This document shows positions 25,986 through 38,825 of a stretch of 64,000 bases of DNA, in pieces. Source of the DNA: Felis catus (Eukaryota); NCBI RefSeq assembly GCF_018350175.1, contig NC_058369.1:24492001-24556000 (forward strand), in the 5' to 3' direction. The notes under the pieces were generated by a model. It saw only the letters and a program-made list of their open reading frames with translations. It ran no database searches and was not told where the DNA came from. Position numbers and translations under genes: made by a program. Positions within the stretch are counted from its first letter, which is position 1; each line of letters opens with the position of its first letter.

Positions 25986-26629
25986 CTGAACAGCATGGGA
26001 AATGGAAAACAAAAATGAAGCAAAAAATCAACACAAAGAAAAGTTCAGTGCAAGCAAAGGATATTTAACAGAAAGAATCAACATAAAGTACCTTCACGGA
26101 GAAAAAAAAAAGAAAAAAAGAAAAACAACTGCTAATCACAGCAAAGACCCATAATCTACACAAAATCTATAGCACTGCTGTTTGATAAATGTGATCAAAA
26201 GAAAGAAAAAAAGAAGAAGAAGAAAAAGTTAGGTCAATTCCACCTTTTGTTTTCCTAAGTCTCTCTGACCTAGGAACCCAAAGTCTTTGGTATATTACCA
26301 GGGAAGAAAGCAAAACATTCCACAAGTACCCACATATTATTCCAGGTCACTATTTTAACCAAAATCAGAGTGAAAACACCAGAAAAACAAAATCGTTACT
26401 GGTTATGAGAAAATAAACAGTTGCTTGACAACAGTTGGTAAATTCTGCAACACCTTCCCAATAGAGCCAACCCCCAGGCTGGTCAGAATAGGCAGCCATA
26501 AGCCTGAAGGCATTTTCGTCCTAGGAACAAACCAGGATGCTTCCAAAACAGCAGTTCCTCATTCAATCACCAAATACACACTCCTACCTGTAGACCAGAT
26601 ACAAAGTTAGGGGAGGGAAAACAAAATGA

Positions 26630-27478
26630 GCACAAAATGAAAAAGTGGGCAGAGGACCTGAATAAACATTTTTCTAAAGAAGACATACAGATGGTCAACA
26701 GGCACATGAAAAGATGCTCAACATCACTAATCATCAGGAAAATGCAAATTAAGACCACAATGAGATATCACTTCACATCAGTCAGAGTGGTTATTATCAA
26801 AAAGTAAAGAAATAACAAGTGTTGGCAAAGTCGTGGGAAAAAAAGGGAACCCTAAGCACTATACGTGGGAATGTAAATTGGTGCAACCACTGTGGAAAAC
26901 AGTACGGAGATTTATCAAAAAGTTAAAAACAAAAATAGAACTGCCATCTGATCCAGTGATTCCACTACTGAATATTTACCCAAAGAAAATGAAAATACTA
27001 ATTCAAAAGATATATGCAACCTTATGTTTACTGCAGCATTACTTATAATAGCCAAATATTGAAGTAACCTAAGTGTCCATCGATAGATAAACAGATAAAG
27101 AAAATATGTGTGTGTGTATACATACACACTCAACCATACAGAAGAATGAGACCTTGTAATTTGTGACAACATGGATGGACATAAAGGGTATTATGCTAAG
27201 TAAAATGAGTCAGAGAAAAACAAAACCATATGATTTCACTTATACACGGAATCTAAAAAATAAAACAATGAACAAACAGAAACAGTCTCATAAATACAAA
27301 GAACAAACGTGGTTGACAAGGGAAGGAGTAGAGGGGTGATAGGTGAAATAGGTGAGGGGATTAAGAAGTACAAACTTCTAATTATAAAATAAGTCACAGA
27401 GATGAAAGTACAGCGCAGAGAAAATAGTCAGTATTGTAATAACATTGCATGGTGACAGATGAGAAAATAAAAAAAAAG
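26630..27478 (+). mobile_element. Carnivore L1, 3' ORF2/3'UTR fragment
   Basis: aaaaagtgggcagaggacctgaataaacatttttctaaagaagacatacagatgg; a [17 protein letters not shown] relic; 3'UTR ending catggtgacagatg followed by an A tract. Confidence 0.9.
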
Positions 27479-27479
27479 A

Positions 27480-27742
27480 AACCCTATACTTTTAAGCCAG
27501 TCATTTCCCTTCCTCCTTCCTATCCCCAGGCCCTGGAAACCTCTAGTTTACTTTCTGTCTCTATGTATTTACCTAGTCTGGATATTCATATCCATGGAAG
27601 TATGCAATACGTTGCTTTTTCACGTAGCATGCTTTCAAGGCTCATCCATGTTGTAGCACGTATCCATACTTAATTCATTTTACAGGTGAATATTATTCCA
27701 TTATAGAACCATACCACATTGCATTATCCATTCATCAGTTGA
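27480..27742 (-). mobile_element. Old L1M 3' fragment (antisense piece)
   Basis: tactttctgtctctatg...gcatgctttcaaggctcatccatgttgtagca...ttatccattcatcagttgat. Confidence 0.8.
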
Positions 27743-27754
27743 TTCATATACAAA

Positions 27755-28225
27755 TATCCATAGTAGCCAAAAAGTAGAAACAATTTATATGTCAATCACC
27801 TGATGAATGAATAAATAAAATACAGTATATCCACACAATGGAGTATTATTTAGCCATACAAATCAATGAAGTACTGATACACATTGTATCACTATAGCAT
27901 AGATAAACCTTAAAAACATTATGCCATGTGAAAGAAGCCAGTCACAAGAAACCACATGTAGTAGGATTCCATTGATATGAAATATCCAGAATAAGCAAAT
28001 CTGCAGACAGAAAATAAATTGGTGACTGACAAGGTGGCTGGAGTAGGGGGAATGGAGGGTGACTACTACAGGGTATGGGATTTCTTTTGGGGGTGATGAA
28101 AATTTTCTGGAAGTAGATAGTGGTGTTGATTGTACAACTTTGTGAATATACTAAAAACCAATGAATTTTACATGTTAGAGGTGGGAATTGTATGTTACAT
28201 AAATTGTATCTCAATAAATCTGCCA
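27755..28225 (+). mobile_element. L1MB-like 3' end
   Basis: catagtagccaaaaagtagaaacaa...aagaagccagtcac...gggggtgatgaaaat...aattgtatctcaataaa. Confidence 0.85.
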
Positions 28226-28416
28226 CAAAGAAACAAGAGGTAAGATTATAAGGTAATATAACCTCCCTCCACCAGCTCCTCATCCCAAAATCACATCAAA
28301 ACAAAGTCCACGGGAGTATTGACAGCCTTCGGCCCAGTAATGTGACTGCTGCCAAACCTCTTGGGAACAGACAGTGCAACTGTCAAGTCATTTAAATATT
28401 CTTGATGATGGCAAAT

Positions 28417-28903
28417 ATTTTCTTTGATGAAGTATAATTAACATATAGTATCCCATCAGTTGCAGGTGTATGTAATAGTTATTTCATATTTTTGTACATT
28501 ACAAAAATGATCCCATAAGTCTAGTTACCATCTGTCACCATACAAAGTTATTACAATATTATTGACTATATTCCCTATGCTGTACATTGTATCCCTGTGA
28601 CTCATTTATTTTATAACTAGAAGTTTGCACTTCTTAATCCTCTGCACCTACTTCACCTGCTTCCACCAACACTGATCCACTCTGGTAGCCAAGAATCTGT
28701 TTCCTGTATCTAAGAATCTGTTTCTGTTTTGTTTGTTCATTTGTCTCGTTTTTCAGATTCCACATATAAGTGAAATCATAAAATATTTGGCTTTCTCTGA
28801 CTTATTTCATTCAGCATAATACCCTCTAGATCCACCCATGTTGTCACAAATGGCAAGATCTCATTCTTTTTTTATGGCTGAGTAATATTTCATTGTGAGA
28901 TAT

Positions 28904-28951
<48 letters not shown>

Positions 28952-30642
28952 TATCCATTCATCTATTATGGATACTTAGGTTGCTTCCAATATCTTGGCT
29001 ATTGTAAATAATTCTGCCATAAACATAGGAGTGCATATATCTCTTCTAATCGGTGTTTTTGTTTTCTTCAGATAAATACCCATAAGCGGAATTACTGGAT
29101 CATATGGTAGTTCATAGTTCTCTTTAATTTTTTGAGGAGCCTCCATACTATTTTCCATAGTGGTTGCACCAATTTACATCCCACCAACAGAGTAGAAGGG
29201 TTCCCTTTTCTCCATATCCTCACACTTGTTACTTTGTGTTTTTGATAATAGCCAGTCTAATTGGTGTGAGGTGATATTTCAATGTGGTTTTGATTTGCAT
29301 TTCTCTGATGATTAGTGATGTTAAGCATCTTTTCCTGTGCCTGTTTACTATCTGTATGTCTTTTTTAGAAAAATGTTTATTCATGTCCTCTGCCTATTTT
29401 TTAATCAGATTGTTTTTTCTACTAAGTTATAGAAGTTATTTATATATACTGATATTAACCCCCTATCGGATATATGATTTGCAAGTATCTTCTCCCATTC
29501 CGTAGGTCACCTTTTCATTTTGTTGATGGTCTCCTTTGCTGTGCAAAAGCTTTTTACTGTGATGTAATCCCATTTATCTTAGCTTTTACTGCCCTTGCCT
29601 GAGGAGACATATCCAGAAAAATACTGCTAAGACTGATGTCAAAGAACTTATCGCCTATGTTTTCTTCTAAGAGTTTTATGATTTCAGGCCTTACATTCAA
29701 GTCTTTAATCCATTTTGAATTTATTTTTTACATGGTCTAAGATAGTGGTCCAGTTTCATTCTTTTGCATGTAGCTGTCCAGTTTTCCCAATACCATTTAT
29801 TGAACAGTCTGTCTTTTTCCCATTTTATATTCTTGCCTCCTTTGTCATAGATTAGTTGACTATATATGTATGGCTTTATTTCTTGATTCTATTCTATTTC
29901 ATTAATCTGTGTGTCTGTTTCCATGTCAGTACCATATTGTTTTGATTACTATAGCTTTGCAGTATAGCTTGAAATCAGTGAGTGTCATACCTCCAGCTTT
30001 GTTCTTTATCAGGATTATTTTGACTATTTGGGATCTTTTGTGGTTTCACACAAATTTTAGGATTCTTTGTTCTAGCTCTGTGAAAAATGACATTAATATT
30101 GTGATGGGGATTGCACAGAATCTGTAGATTGCTTTGAGTATGGACATTTTAACAATATTAATTTAGCAATATTAATTCTTCCAACCCATGAGCATGGTAT
30201 ATCTTTCCATTTGCTGGTGCCACCTGAAATATCTTTCATCGATGTCTTAAATTTTCAGAGTACAGAACTTTCACCCCCTTGCTTAAACTTATTTGTAAGT
30301 ATTTTATTCTTTTTGATACAATTATAAATGGAATTGTTCTCTGAATTTCTCTTTCTGATAGTTTATTATTAGTGTATAGAAAAGCAACTGATTTCTGTAT
30401 GCTAGTTTTGCATCCTGCAACTTTACTGAATTCATTTATTAGTTCTAGTAGTTTTGTTTTGTTTTGTTTTTTGGTGGAGTCTTTAGAGTTTTCTATATAT
30501 AATGCCATGTCATCTGCAAATAGTGAAACGGTTTTATTTCCTCCTTACCAATTTGGATGCCTTTTAATTTTTTTCTTACCTAATTACTGGGGCTAGGAGT
30601 TCTAATAACATGTTGAATAAAAGCAGCAAGAATGGACATACT
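28417..30642 (-). mobile_element. Decayed 5'-truncated carnivore L1 (~2.2 kb), sense to ERC2
   Basis: Minus strand encodes relics of PLLFNIVLEVLA, SLFADDM (~30507-30527) and [13 protein letters not shown], followed by a 3'UTR. Multiple stops and frameshifts; (CA)n at ~28906-28949. Confidence 0.92.
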
Positions 30643-32297
30643 TATATAAGTCCTGACAATTGTTTTATTTCTCTTTTGCAATGAGAGTACCTGACTTAAG
30701 CTTTGATTACCAAGGCATCCACTTCAAAGAGGCATCCACTTCAATGATGGCTATCTCAATAAAGGCATTGCCAACCACACAACCATATAAAAAGCCATAC
30801 TGCCTCCTCCAACTGAGGCTCCTTTGTTTTAGAGATCTTGATTGATTTCAGTAACTGAACATTTGAGCTACTTGTTTTTTCTCTTCCAACACTTTAAATC
30901 TCCCCTCTTAGGTTTTAAATTCACCAATAAAGAATGAGCCCACAAAACCCTAGGTACCCTCCTCCCTTGACCCCAATAAAAGGAGAACCTCAGGCCCATG
31001 TACTCTCTACCCATGAGCTCACTGTATGCCCCCAATGGTGCTGTTCAATTTCCAGGTCTTTTAAGTAATATGCCTTCAAAGTTTCTTGCTGATTATTGCT
31101 CAAGGGCATCTTGCAATCACAGTAAGAACCACAAGGCCAATACAACCACAGTACTAGTTATTGATAGACTGAGACCAGCACAAAACAGATTTATGAGATG
31201 ATCTAAGTTTTTGGAAACAAACATGATGAATTGGGATGATGAGACTGGAAATCATCTTTTCTGAGAGTAACCAAAACTAAGACTGGTTTTCTTATGTGGT
31301 TCATAGACTAGCCAGAAAGGAATTCCAAGGAAAAATTGCCAAAATGCTTTGAGTGGAGACAGCCACATTGGAAGACAACTCTGTAAGGGGTCTACCCCTT
31401 TGGATGGGCAAGTTGCCCATCATCCTGATCCTTTGTTTCCACATCTGCAAAATGGGGATAAACATAATGCTTAATTTACAGAGTTCCTGTGAGAAATAAC
31501 TAAGGTAATGCATCAAGTGCCAAGTTTGAGAGCAAAGGAAGGGAAGAAGTTTGATACAAAGGAAGAAAAGAAGGTAAGAAAGTAGAAGAGAAGAATGGGA
31601 GGGAGGGAGGAAAAAAGGAGACAGAAATGGAGGGAAAATTGATTTATTTATCCATTCAACAAACATTTACCTGGTATCTCCCTTATACTCAAGAAAGGAA
31701 GAAGGAAGGAAGGAAGGAATGGAGGAAGGGAAAATGGAAGGGAGGGGAGGGGGGAAAACAAATGGTCCATGCTCATAGTCCATGCAGACAAGTAAACCCA
31801 TAGTACCTCCACTATGTTATGAGGTTATGACAGAAGTCATAGCCAGGTGGCTAGAAATTCAGAGAGGATGTAACCCAGGCTAGAGACATGTGAGAAAATA
31901 CTCCAAACAAAGAGCCACCACTGAGCTGGATCTTAAAGAACAGTTGAGAGTCAGCCCCATGAAGAAATATGGAAAGAGAAGAGAAAGTATAAAAGCCCAG
32001 AGGCAAAGACACACCAGACCTATTAAGGAATAGTAATAGCAAAAATCTGGATAGCAATTACCACATGCCACACATAGTTCTAAGCTTTTTTTAACCCTCA
32101 CAACCACCCTGTGAAGTAGCCATTGTTTTAGATCTCCATTAAAGGGATGAGAAAATGGAGATGCAAAGTGGTTAAGTAACTTGCTCCAGGTCATCTTCCT
32201 AGGTGATGTTCATCAAGGCTATCTGACACCAACTCCCTTACTCACACCACTATACCATGTAGCCTCTGAATTGGCACAAATGCTTCAGGATGCTGGA

Positions 32298-32344
<47 letters not shown>

Positions 32345-32346
32345 AA
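32298..32346 (+). repeat. (TAAA)n microsatellite
   Basis: Read directly from the sequence. Confidence 0.95.
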
Positions 32347-32641
32347 TAATGTAGGGTGGAGGCAAGAGTTGTGAGAGCAGACAGGCAGGCAATTAATGAC
32401 AGTTTACAGCAAATCCTCAAATTTAAAGTTAGCCATCGTAACCAGGCTGTTCCTCATTCAGAGGTTACCATGATAGATGCTTTCAGGTGCATATTTATTA
32501 ATAGGAAAATTTTTTTTCCAGGTAGCCTCTTTCTTAATTAAATGACTTCAGCATGATCACACAATCTGATAATCAACCAAATTTAGTGTTCAAAACTTTC
32601 TCAAATCCATGTCATTTAATTTTCTTTCTCTTTAAAAAAAA

Positions 32642-32858
32642 TTTTTTTAATGTTTATTTTATTTTTCAGAGAGAGAGAGAGAGAGAGAAAGTGTGAGCAG
32701 GGGAGGGGCAGAGAGAGAAGGAGACAGAGAATCTGAAGCAGGCTCCAGGCTCCCAACTGTCAGCACAGAGCCTGACATGGGGCTCAAACCCACCAACTGT
32801 GATATCATGACCTGAGCCAAAGTGGGACACTTAACTGACTGAGCCACCCAGGCACCCC
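32642..32858 (-). mobile_element. Can-SINE
   Basis: Reverse complement starts GGGGTGCCTGGGTGGCTCAGTCAGTTAAG and has (CT)n and an A tail. Confidence 0.93.
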
Positions 32859-33220
32859 GTCATCCTCTTTTAAAATATTTAAAATTAAGCAGAATTCTCC
32901 TTGTTCCTAAAAAGGAATTCTTGAACAAAAGGCATGTACCTTACAGAGTCTTGATCATCTTTCTGCATCATATACTGGAGAATGGGAAGGGGAGCTGAAG
33001 CAACTTCTCTCTCTGTCTCTCTCTATCCTCTCTCACTGTTCTACTTTTAAGAAATTCAAATCAATCAAGTTTCAAAATTCATTTGCCAGATAGTCATTTC
33101 TAGCTAGATATTTAACATAGGCAATTTGTATTTTAAAATACAAAGACAGCACTTTTAATAATCCACTGAAAAGAATATCCTGTGTCTCAGTTTCCTCATT
33201 TGTAAAAGGGGGAGAGTAAT

Positions 33221-33426
33221 GGGTGCCTGGGTGGTTCAGTCGGTTAAGCATCCAACTTTTGATCTCAGTTCAGGTCATGATCTCATGGTTTGTGGGATCA
33301 AGCCCCATGTCGGGCTCTGTGCTGATAGCACAGACCCTGCTTGAAATTCTCTCTCTCTCTCCCTCTCTCTCTCTCTCTACCTCTCTCTTTCTCTCTCTCT
33401 CTCTAATATAAATAAATAAACATTTT
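33221..33426 (+). mobile_element. Can-SINE inserted in a MIR
   Basis: TSD-like taaaagggggagagtaat / taaaaggggggaagagtaat. The MIR core ctcagtttcctcatttgtaaaa precedes the SINE and continues after it. Confidence 0.92.
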
Positions 33427-34911
33427 TAAAAGGGGGGAAGAGTAATAATTCCTAATACATAGGGTTATTGTGAAAATTAAGAGTTAATACATATAAAGCT
33501 GTAGAAAGTACCAAGTACAGAGTAATCACATCAGTCAGGATAGGCTAGGATATGCTGCCCTCACACCAGCAACAAAAACCCATATTCTGAAAGACACAAT
33601 CTACTTGACACACTGATGACAAGGAATCAGAACTCTTATAGCTCAAAGAGACCTTAAAGATTAGCCTGTTAACCTCATTTTACAAACGAAAATATCATAT
33701 CACGCAGGTTAAAGGGCAGGCCCAAAAGAACAATCACATTGCCAAAGCCAGAATCTGTTTCTGGGAGCATGGAAGCTTGGTTTCTGGAATCCTGAACTCC
33801 ATCATGGTATGTATTCTAGTAATGCTAAGAGCAGAACAAAAGGGGGTGGCTCTCTAACAGCTTAGGAAACAGTAGTCATGTCTTGAACAGGGCGGATGAG
33901 AGATAACCTAAATCATTTCACTTACTCCCTGGGCCCCATCCAATAGTTAAATAGCATGGGACATCCAAGGACAATTTACTGAGACCTCCTTTCTAAGTCT
34001 TCAGAATTGGACTGTGAGCTAATTAAAATTAGCTATTAGAGGACAAGCTCTAGAAAAACTAGCTCTAGAAGATCAGACACAGTACAAGCGAAATCTCTGG
34101 CAAAGCCAAAGGCACCTTCTCTAAGGGCCAAAAGGTAAGAAAAACAAAGCACAGTTTTTAAGTCTGCCCTTCCAGATTATTCAATTCCTTCAGACTGAAT
34201 CACCTCCCCCTTCCCAACCATGAAAGCACATTTCTTTTAAGGCAATTGCCCAAACCCTACTGGATCAATAATCAAGAGCATTCATTTCAGCTTGATACCT
34301 TTATCAGGTACCTACCTACAAACCAGCAATCTGTAAGGTTGTATTCTAGGGCCTTCTCTTTGAAATCTGCCAGTTATCTTTGTGCTTTCAACTTCCCACA
34401 GCCTCAACCACTCTTCTGTGGCTTCCATTCCACTGCATATCTGGAGAGGGAAGCCCTTCCAATGTCCACCTTCATTAGGACGAAACATCACCAGGTGATC
34501 TGACCTCATGCCTGGGTCCTAGTCAAACTGCTGTCAACTGAGAACTTATGGCACAAGTGGAACAGGTGACAAAACCGCTAATTCCCTTTAAGAACAAAAA
34601 TGAGTCTGTGACTAGATGGGCATTCAGAAAGCTGTTTACTCCCTACCCTAATTCTGGGATCATTCTCCAGTTGTTTTCAAAGTATCAAAGCTCAAAAGGC
34701 AAACTCCCTTCTCCATACCCTGCCAGTGAGGACACCACTAAGAGAAGCAAAGCAGGTATCACAATGGCATCCAGGCTACTCTTTACAGTCACTCGGCTAA
34801 GAGTGCAAATAGAATGCATTATGTTTATCCTGATATCCTGATACCTTCAACCCAGTTTTTTTTAACCTTCCCCCCCCCCAAACTTAATTGCATACTTTGA
34901 AATCTTCCCTG

Positions 34912-35083
34912 GAGGTGCCTGGGTGGCTCAGTCGGTTGAGCGTCCCATTTCAGCTCAGGTCATGGTCTCACGGTTCATGAGTTACAGCCCCACATCAGGT
35001 TCTCTGCTGTCAGCACAGAGCCCACTTCGGATCCTCTGTCTCCCTCGCTCTCTCTGCCCCTCCCTGGCTCATGTTCTCCCTCC

Positions 35084-35118
<35 letters not shown>

Positions 35119-35168
35119 CCCCCACCTCTCAAAAATAAAAAAATAGACATTAAAAAAAAAAGAAAAAA
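34912..35168 (+). mobile_element. Can-SINE
   Basis: 15-bp TSD gaaatcttccctgga at 34899-34913 and 35169-35183. Confidence 0.94.
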
Positions 35169-37129
35169 GAAATCTTCCCTGGATAGTAAAGACTAGCCCC
35201 ATTTCCAGTCCACAAAAGGGAAAAAAAAAGTTTAAAATCATTTGTCTGTCCTTTAAACATAGGTAAACAGACTGCGAGTGTAATAAGATTAGCCTGTTCA
35301 ATTGATTCCAAGTCTCAGACAATAAAAGAGGTCATAACAACTTCTGTTTCTGGCATTACACCAGGCTATGTTTTCTGATAAGCCCTCCCACTACACAACA
35401 GCTAAATAAAACCAAATATATCTTTTAAAGCATTGCTGTGCTTACAAGAAAGTAAGGAAAATCTCTAAGAAAGAGAAAGATTAAGAGAAAGAAAGTGAGC
35501 TTTTCAGGGGCAGGTTCTGGGCCAAATTTGTATTATACTCCCAAATCTAGCACATAATAGGTATTCAATAAATAATGAAATATGGGCAGAAAGATGAGAG
35601 GAGCAGAAGGGAAATTGTCTCACCAGATGGTCGGCACAGCGGAACACTGTGAGAGAGAATAGGTTTCCATTCCTCTTTGCTTTACTGTACTTAGACTAGG
35701 GGTGGGAGAGTGTGGGGCCAGTAGGGAGGGAGAGGGTATCCTCGACCTCAGATTACTCTGTCCTGTTCTCTCCTCCAAAACTCAAAATGCCTCACGTCCA
35801 CCAACTCACTCATCTGACAAGACTGCTCTGATGCTGCCAGCACTATGTCCACTTCACAAGAGGATAAATTGGACTGGCTTAAGGGATTTGACTGCAATCA
35901 CATTGTTAGCAGATATGGGCCAGTGTCTAAAACTGAGGTTTCCTCCAGCCAATTCTAAAGTTGCCCTGCTATAAAAAATATAGAGAACTTCATTTTGCAC
36001 AACTCTTATAAGCTCTTATAAGTCACCTAATCTTGGGGGGAAAAAGTGAACAATAAAAATATAAGAAACTAAGCCGTACTTGAGTTTATATGGGAAAGGA
36101 GGGAAAAGATACTTTGCCTTAGCCAACATTCAGGAGAATAACTTCCAATAGCTACTGGAGTCAGAATTTAATCCATATTTCAGCATGTCTAAAATACAAA
36201 AAGGTAAATAGAATGAAAATATAATTATATATGTATGATGTGCATGGAACACACAATTATTTAAATAAGGACTAGCCAGATGTTTAGAATCTACTCTGTC
36301 TTATCCCCAAACATGGAAAATATGAGTTCCTGGCAAATTTGAAAAAATTCGTGACCTTAAGCTCTTTTCCACACTATGGGGAAAAAACAAAACAAAACAA
36401 AATGATAAAGTTTTGTGCTATAAAGCAGTTTAGGGTTTCATTGCTATGAAAACCATCTCTGAGCTATATAAAAATATGAATTGGCCTATACCCAAAAGTC
36501 TTGAACTTTTTTTTAATAAATCCATACTCCTTCTCAAGCAAGGGCTTAACATAACTTTCAAAGAAAACAGAATCTCTTTGCAGACAACTTGGCCTGCTCT
36601 GCTTCTCCTGTGACTTTATTTTCCTATTTATCATTTTTGAGTCTGTCTCTAATCAAATTTTAAGGTCAGGTTGTCTGATCCCCTTTTCCATAATCCCATG
36701 TGCAGGATGTACAGCCCTCCTCGTGGCTCCGACCCTTCCACGGACCACGTCATGTATGTGAAAAGACAAACAGCAGACGCTGGCTAAAAACATGTGGCCC
36801 CAGTGTGCTATGGAAGAGCTGCTCTGCTGAGAAAGGATTAAAAAAATTAATATTTAGACATATGGTCCTAGGCTTTCTCTTTTAGGGAAGAACAAGCACA
36901 CATAACTAATAAAGAATATTGATAGGTGATTTTTAAAAGCACCAAAGCACCATGATCCTGGGATCCTCACACAGATACACTGTCACTGATAACTGCAGAA
37001 CCCACTTTGGTTGATAACATGTGACATTTTGCCAAGGTTCATAACACTAAGAACAATATACATGGAAAAGCCCTCTTGGCAGCTGCTTTTGTAAGCAAGG
37101 AGTTCTGGTTCTCATTACAGACCAATACT

Positions 37130-37510
37130 GTAAGATGGCATAGTACTGGAATATTGTGCTGAGCTGAGAGTTAAGGACTTAAGTTCTAATTCTGGCTTTG
37201 CTGCTAACAAATTATATCATGTGGGGAAAATCACTAAACTTGTCTAGGATTCCAAGAACAGTGATGATGAACTGGGTTTTGAATCCTGGATCTACCTATT
37301 ATAACCTATGCTGCCTTGGACAAATCACTTAAGTACTTTGAGCATTGAATTATTCATCCATAAAAAAGAAACAATAATTGTAACTAAGGTACAAGGTTCA
37401 CACAAAGACCACATGAGATATTCATCACATAAGTGAACAGGTTCCCATAAAGCATAAAGCACCGGGCCTGGCACATAATGGACCCAGTAAATGTTCACTG
37501 TTACTGGTTG
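37130..37510 (+). mobile_element. Two adjacent MIR fragments
   Basis: gttctaattctggctttgctgctaac...aatcactaaac, then ctgggttttgaatcctggatctacc...ccttggacaaatcactta...cctggcacataatg. Confidence 0.7.
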
Positions 37511-37892
37511 ACACAGTGGTGGTGGCTAGAGGCCTGGAATTAAAATTTCTCTCCTTCCTCCTCCCATTTGAGCAGGGAAAAGACATAAGCATAATGAACA
37601 TACATTTTTGATCATCGAATAAATGCAACAGTGGGAAACAAAATGCTAAGCACTTTGGCATTTTTTAAATAAGGGAAACAGGAAACAGTTGTTTTAAGAC
37701 CAACTTAAAGATGGCTAAAATTGATTTCCCATTAACTGGTCTATAAATAACTCTATAAGGGGCTCTCAGGAATAGCAACATGAACATGCCTGTTTTGAAA
37801 GTCAGGGTTTTTTCCCCTACTAGTCCCCCGTAATACATACGCAACTAAAAGAGAGTAGCATCTCCTGATGTTGACACCACTCAACCTGTTAC

Positions 37893-37927
<35 letters not shown>

Positions 37928-38052
37928 AATGAATAAATAAAAACAAAAAAAAAACCCAAGTTTAAGACATATTGATATTTTTTAAATGTGTTTAGAGAAG
38001 CAACCCAAATCATGTACTCGTGGAAACAATGGTTAAAACTGGAGCTTTTCTA

Positions 38053-38250
38053 GGAGCCTGGGTGGCTCAGTCGGCTGAGCATGGGACTTTGGCTCAGGTC
38101 ATGATCTCTTGGTTCGTGGGTTCAAGCTCTGTGTCAGGCTCTGTGCTGACAGTTCAGATTCTGTGTCTCCTTCACTCTCTGCCCCTCCCCCACTCATGTT
38201 CTGTCTCTCTCTCTCAAAAACAAACATTTAAAAAAATGTTTTCAATTTAA
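38053..38250 (+). mobile_element. Can-SINE with internal deletion
   Basis: TSD-like aaaactggagcttttcta / aaaattggaggttttcta. The gagcctggagcctgc segment is missing. Confidence 0.9.
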
Positions 38251-38649
38251 AAAATTGGAGGTTTTCTATTATTAATAGCCACATGCAGTTAGAGGACAGC
38301 TCTTTGATTTTAATTGCTTAGCAAATCTTTAGTGTAAATGACATTTTAAAATATTTATTGCAATTCCCTCCCCTGTCACCTCCTCTTCACCCCGTGACAT
38401 GTTTATTTAACAAAATTGCTAACCATCCAAATATTTTAAAACAAGTAAGAGGTTTTATCTAAATTATTGTCATTCAAATAGCTGTGTGGCATGCACTGAA
38501 CTTCCCTACTCTGAGCCACATGGGTCCCTCAGCCAAACTGTAGTCCTTGCTATCAAAGTTTTCATGAGGAGAGAATTTTCCTAAGTACTTTACCCTCCTG
38601 CTTCTCTCACTCCTTGTGCCACTGCTGGTAAGGGGGATAACTGACCTCC

Positions 38650-38825
38650 ACACGACTCAGAATGTGGTCCTAGGAACAGCAGAGCAGCATCCTGTAAGAA
38701 AGGTGGAACTTCATGTCCCACCTCAGACCTGCAATATCAGAATCTGCATTCTTACATGCCAGGTAGACTGCCTTTAAGACTGCCAGGTAATCTGAAGGCA
38801 CATAAAGGTTTGAGAAGCACGTCTC
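38650..38825. mobile_element. MER5A-like MITE
   Basis: actcagaatgtggtcc...cccacctcagacct...tcagaatctgcatt...aaaggtttgagaagcac. Confidence 0.7.
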
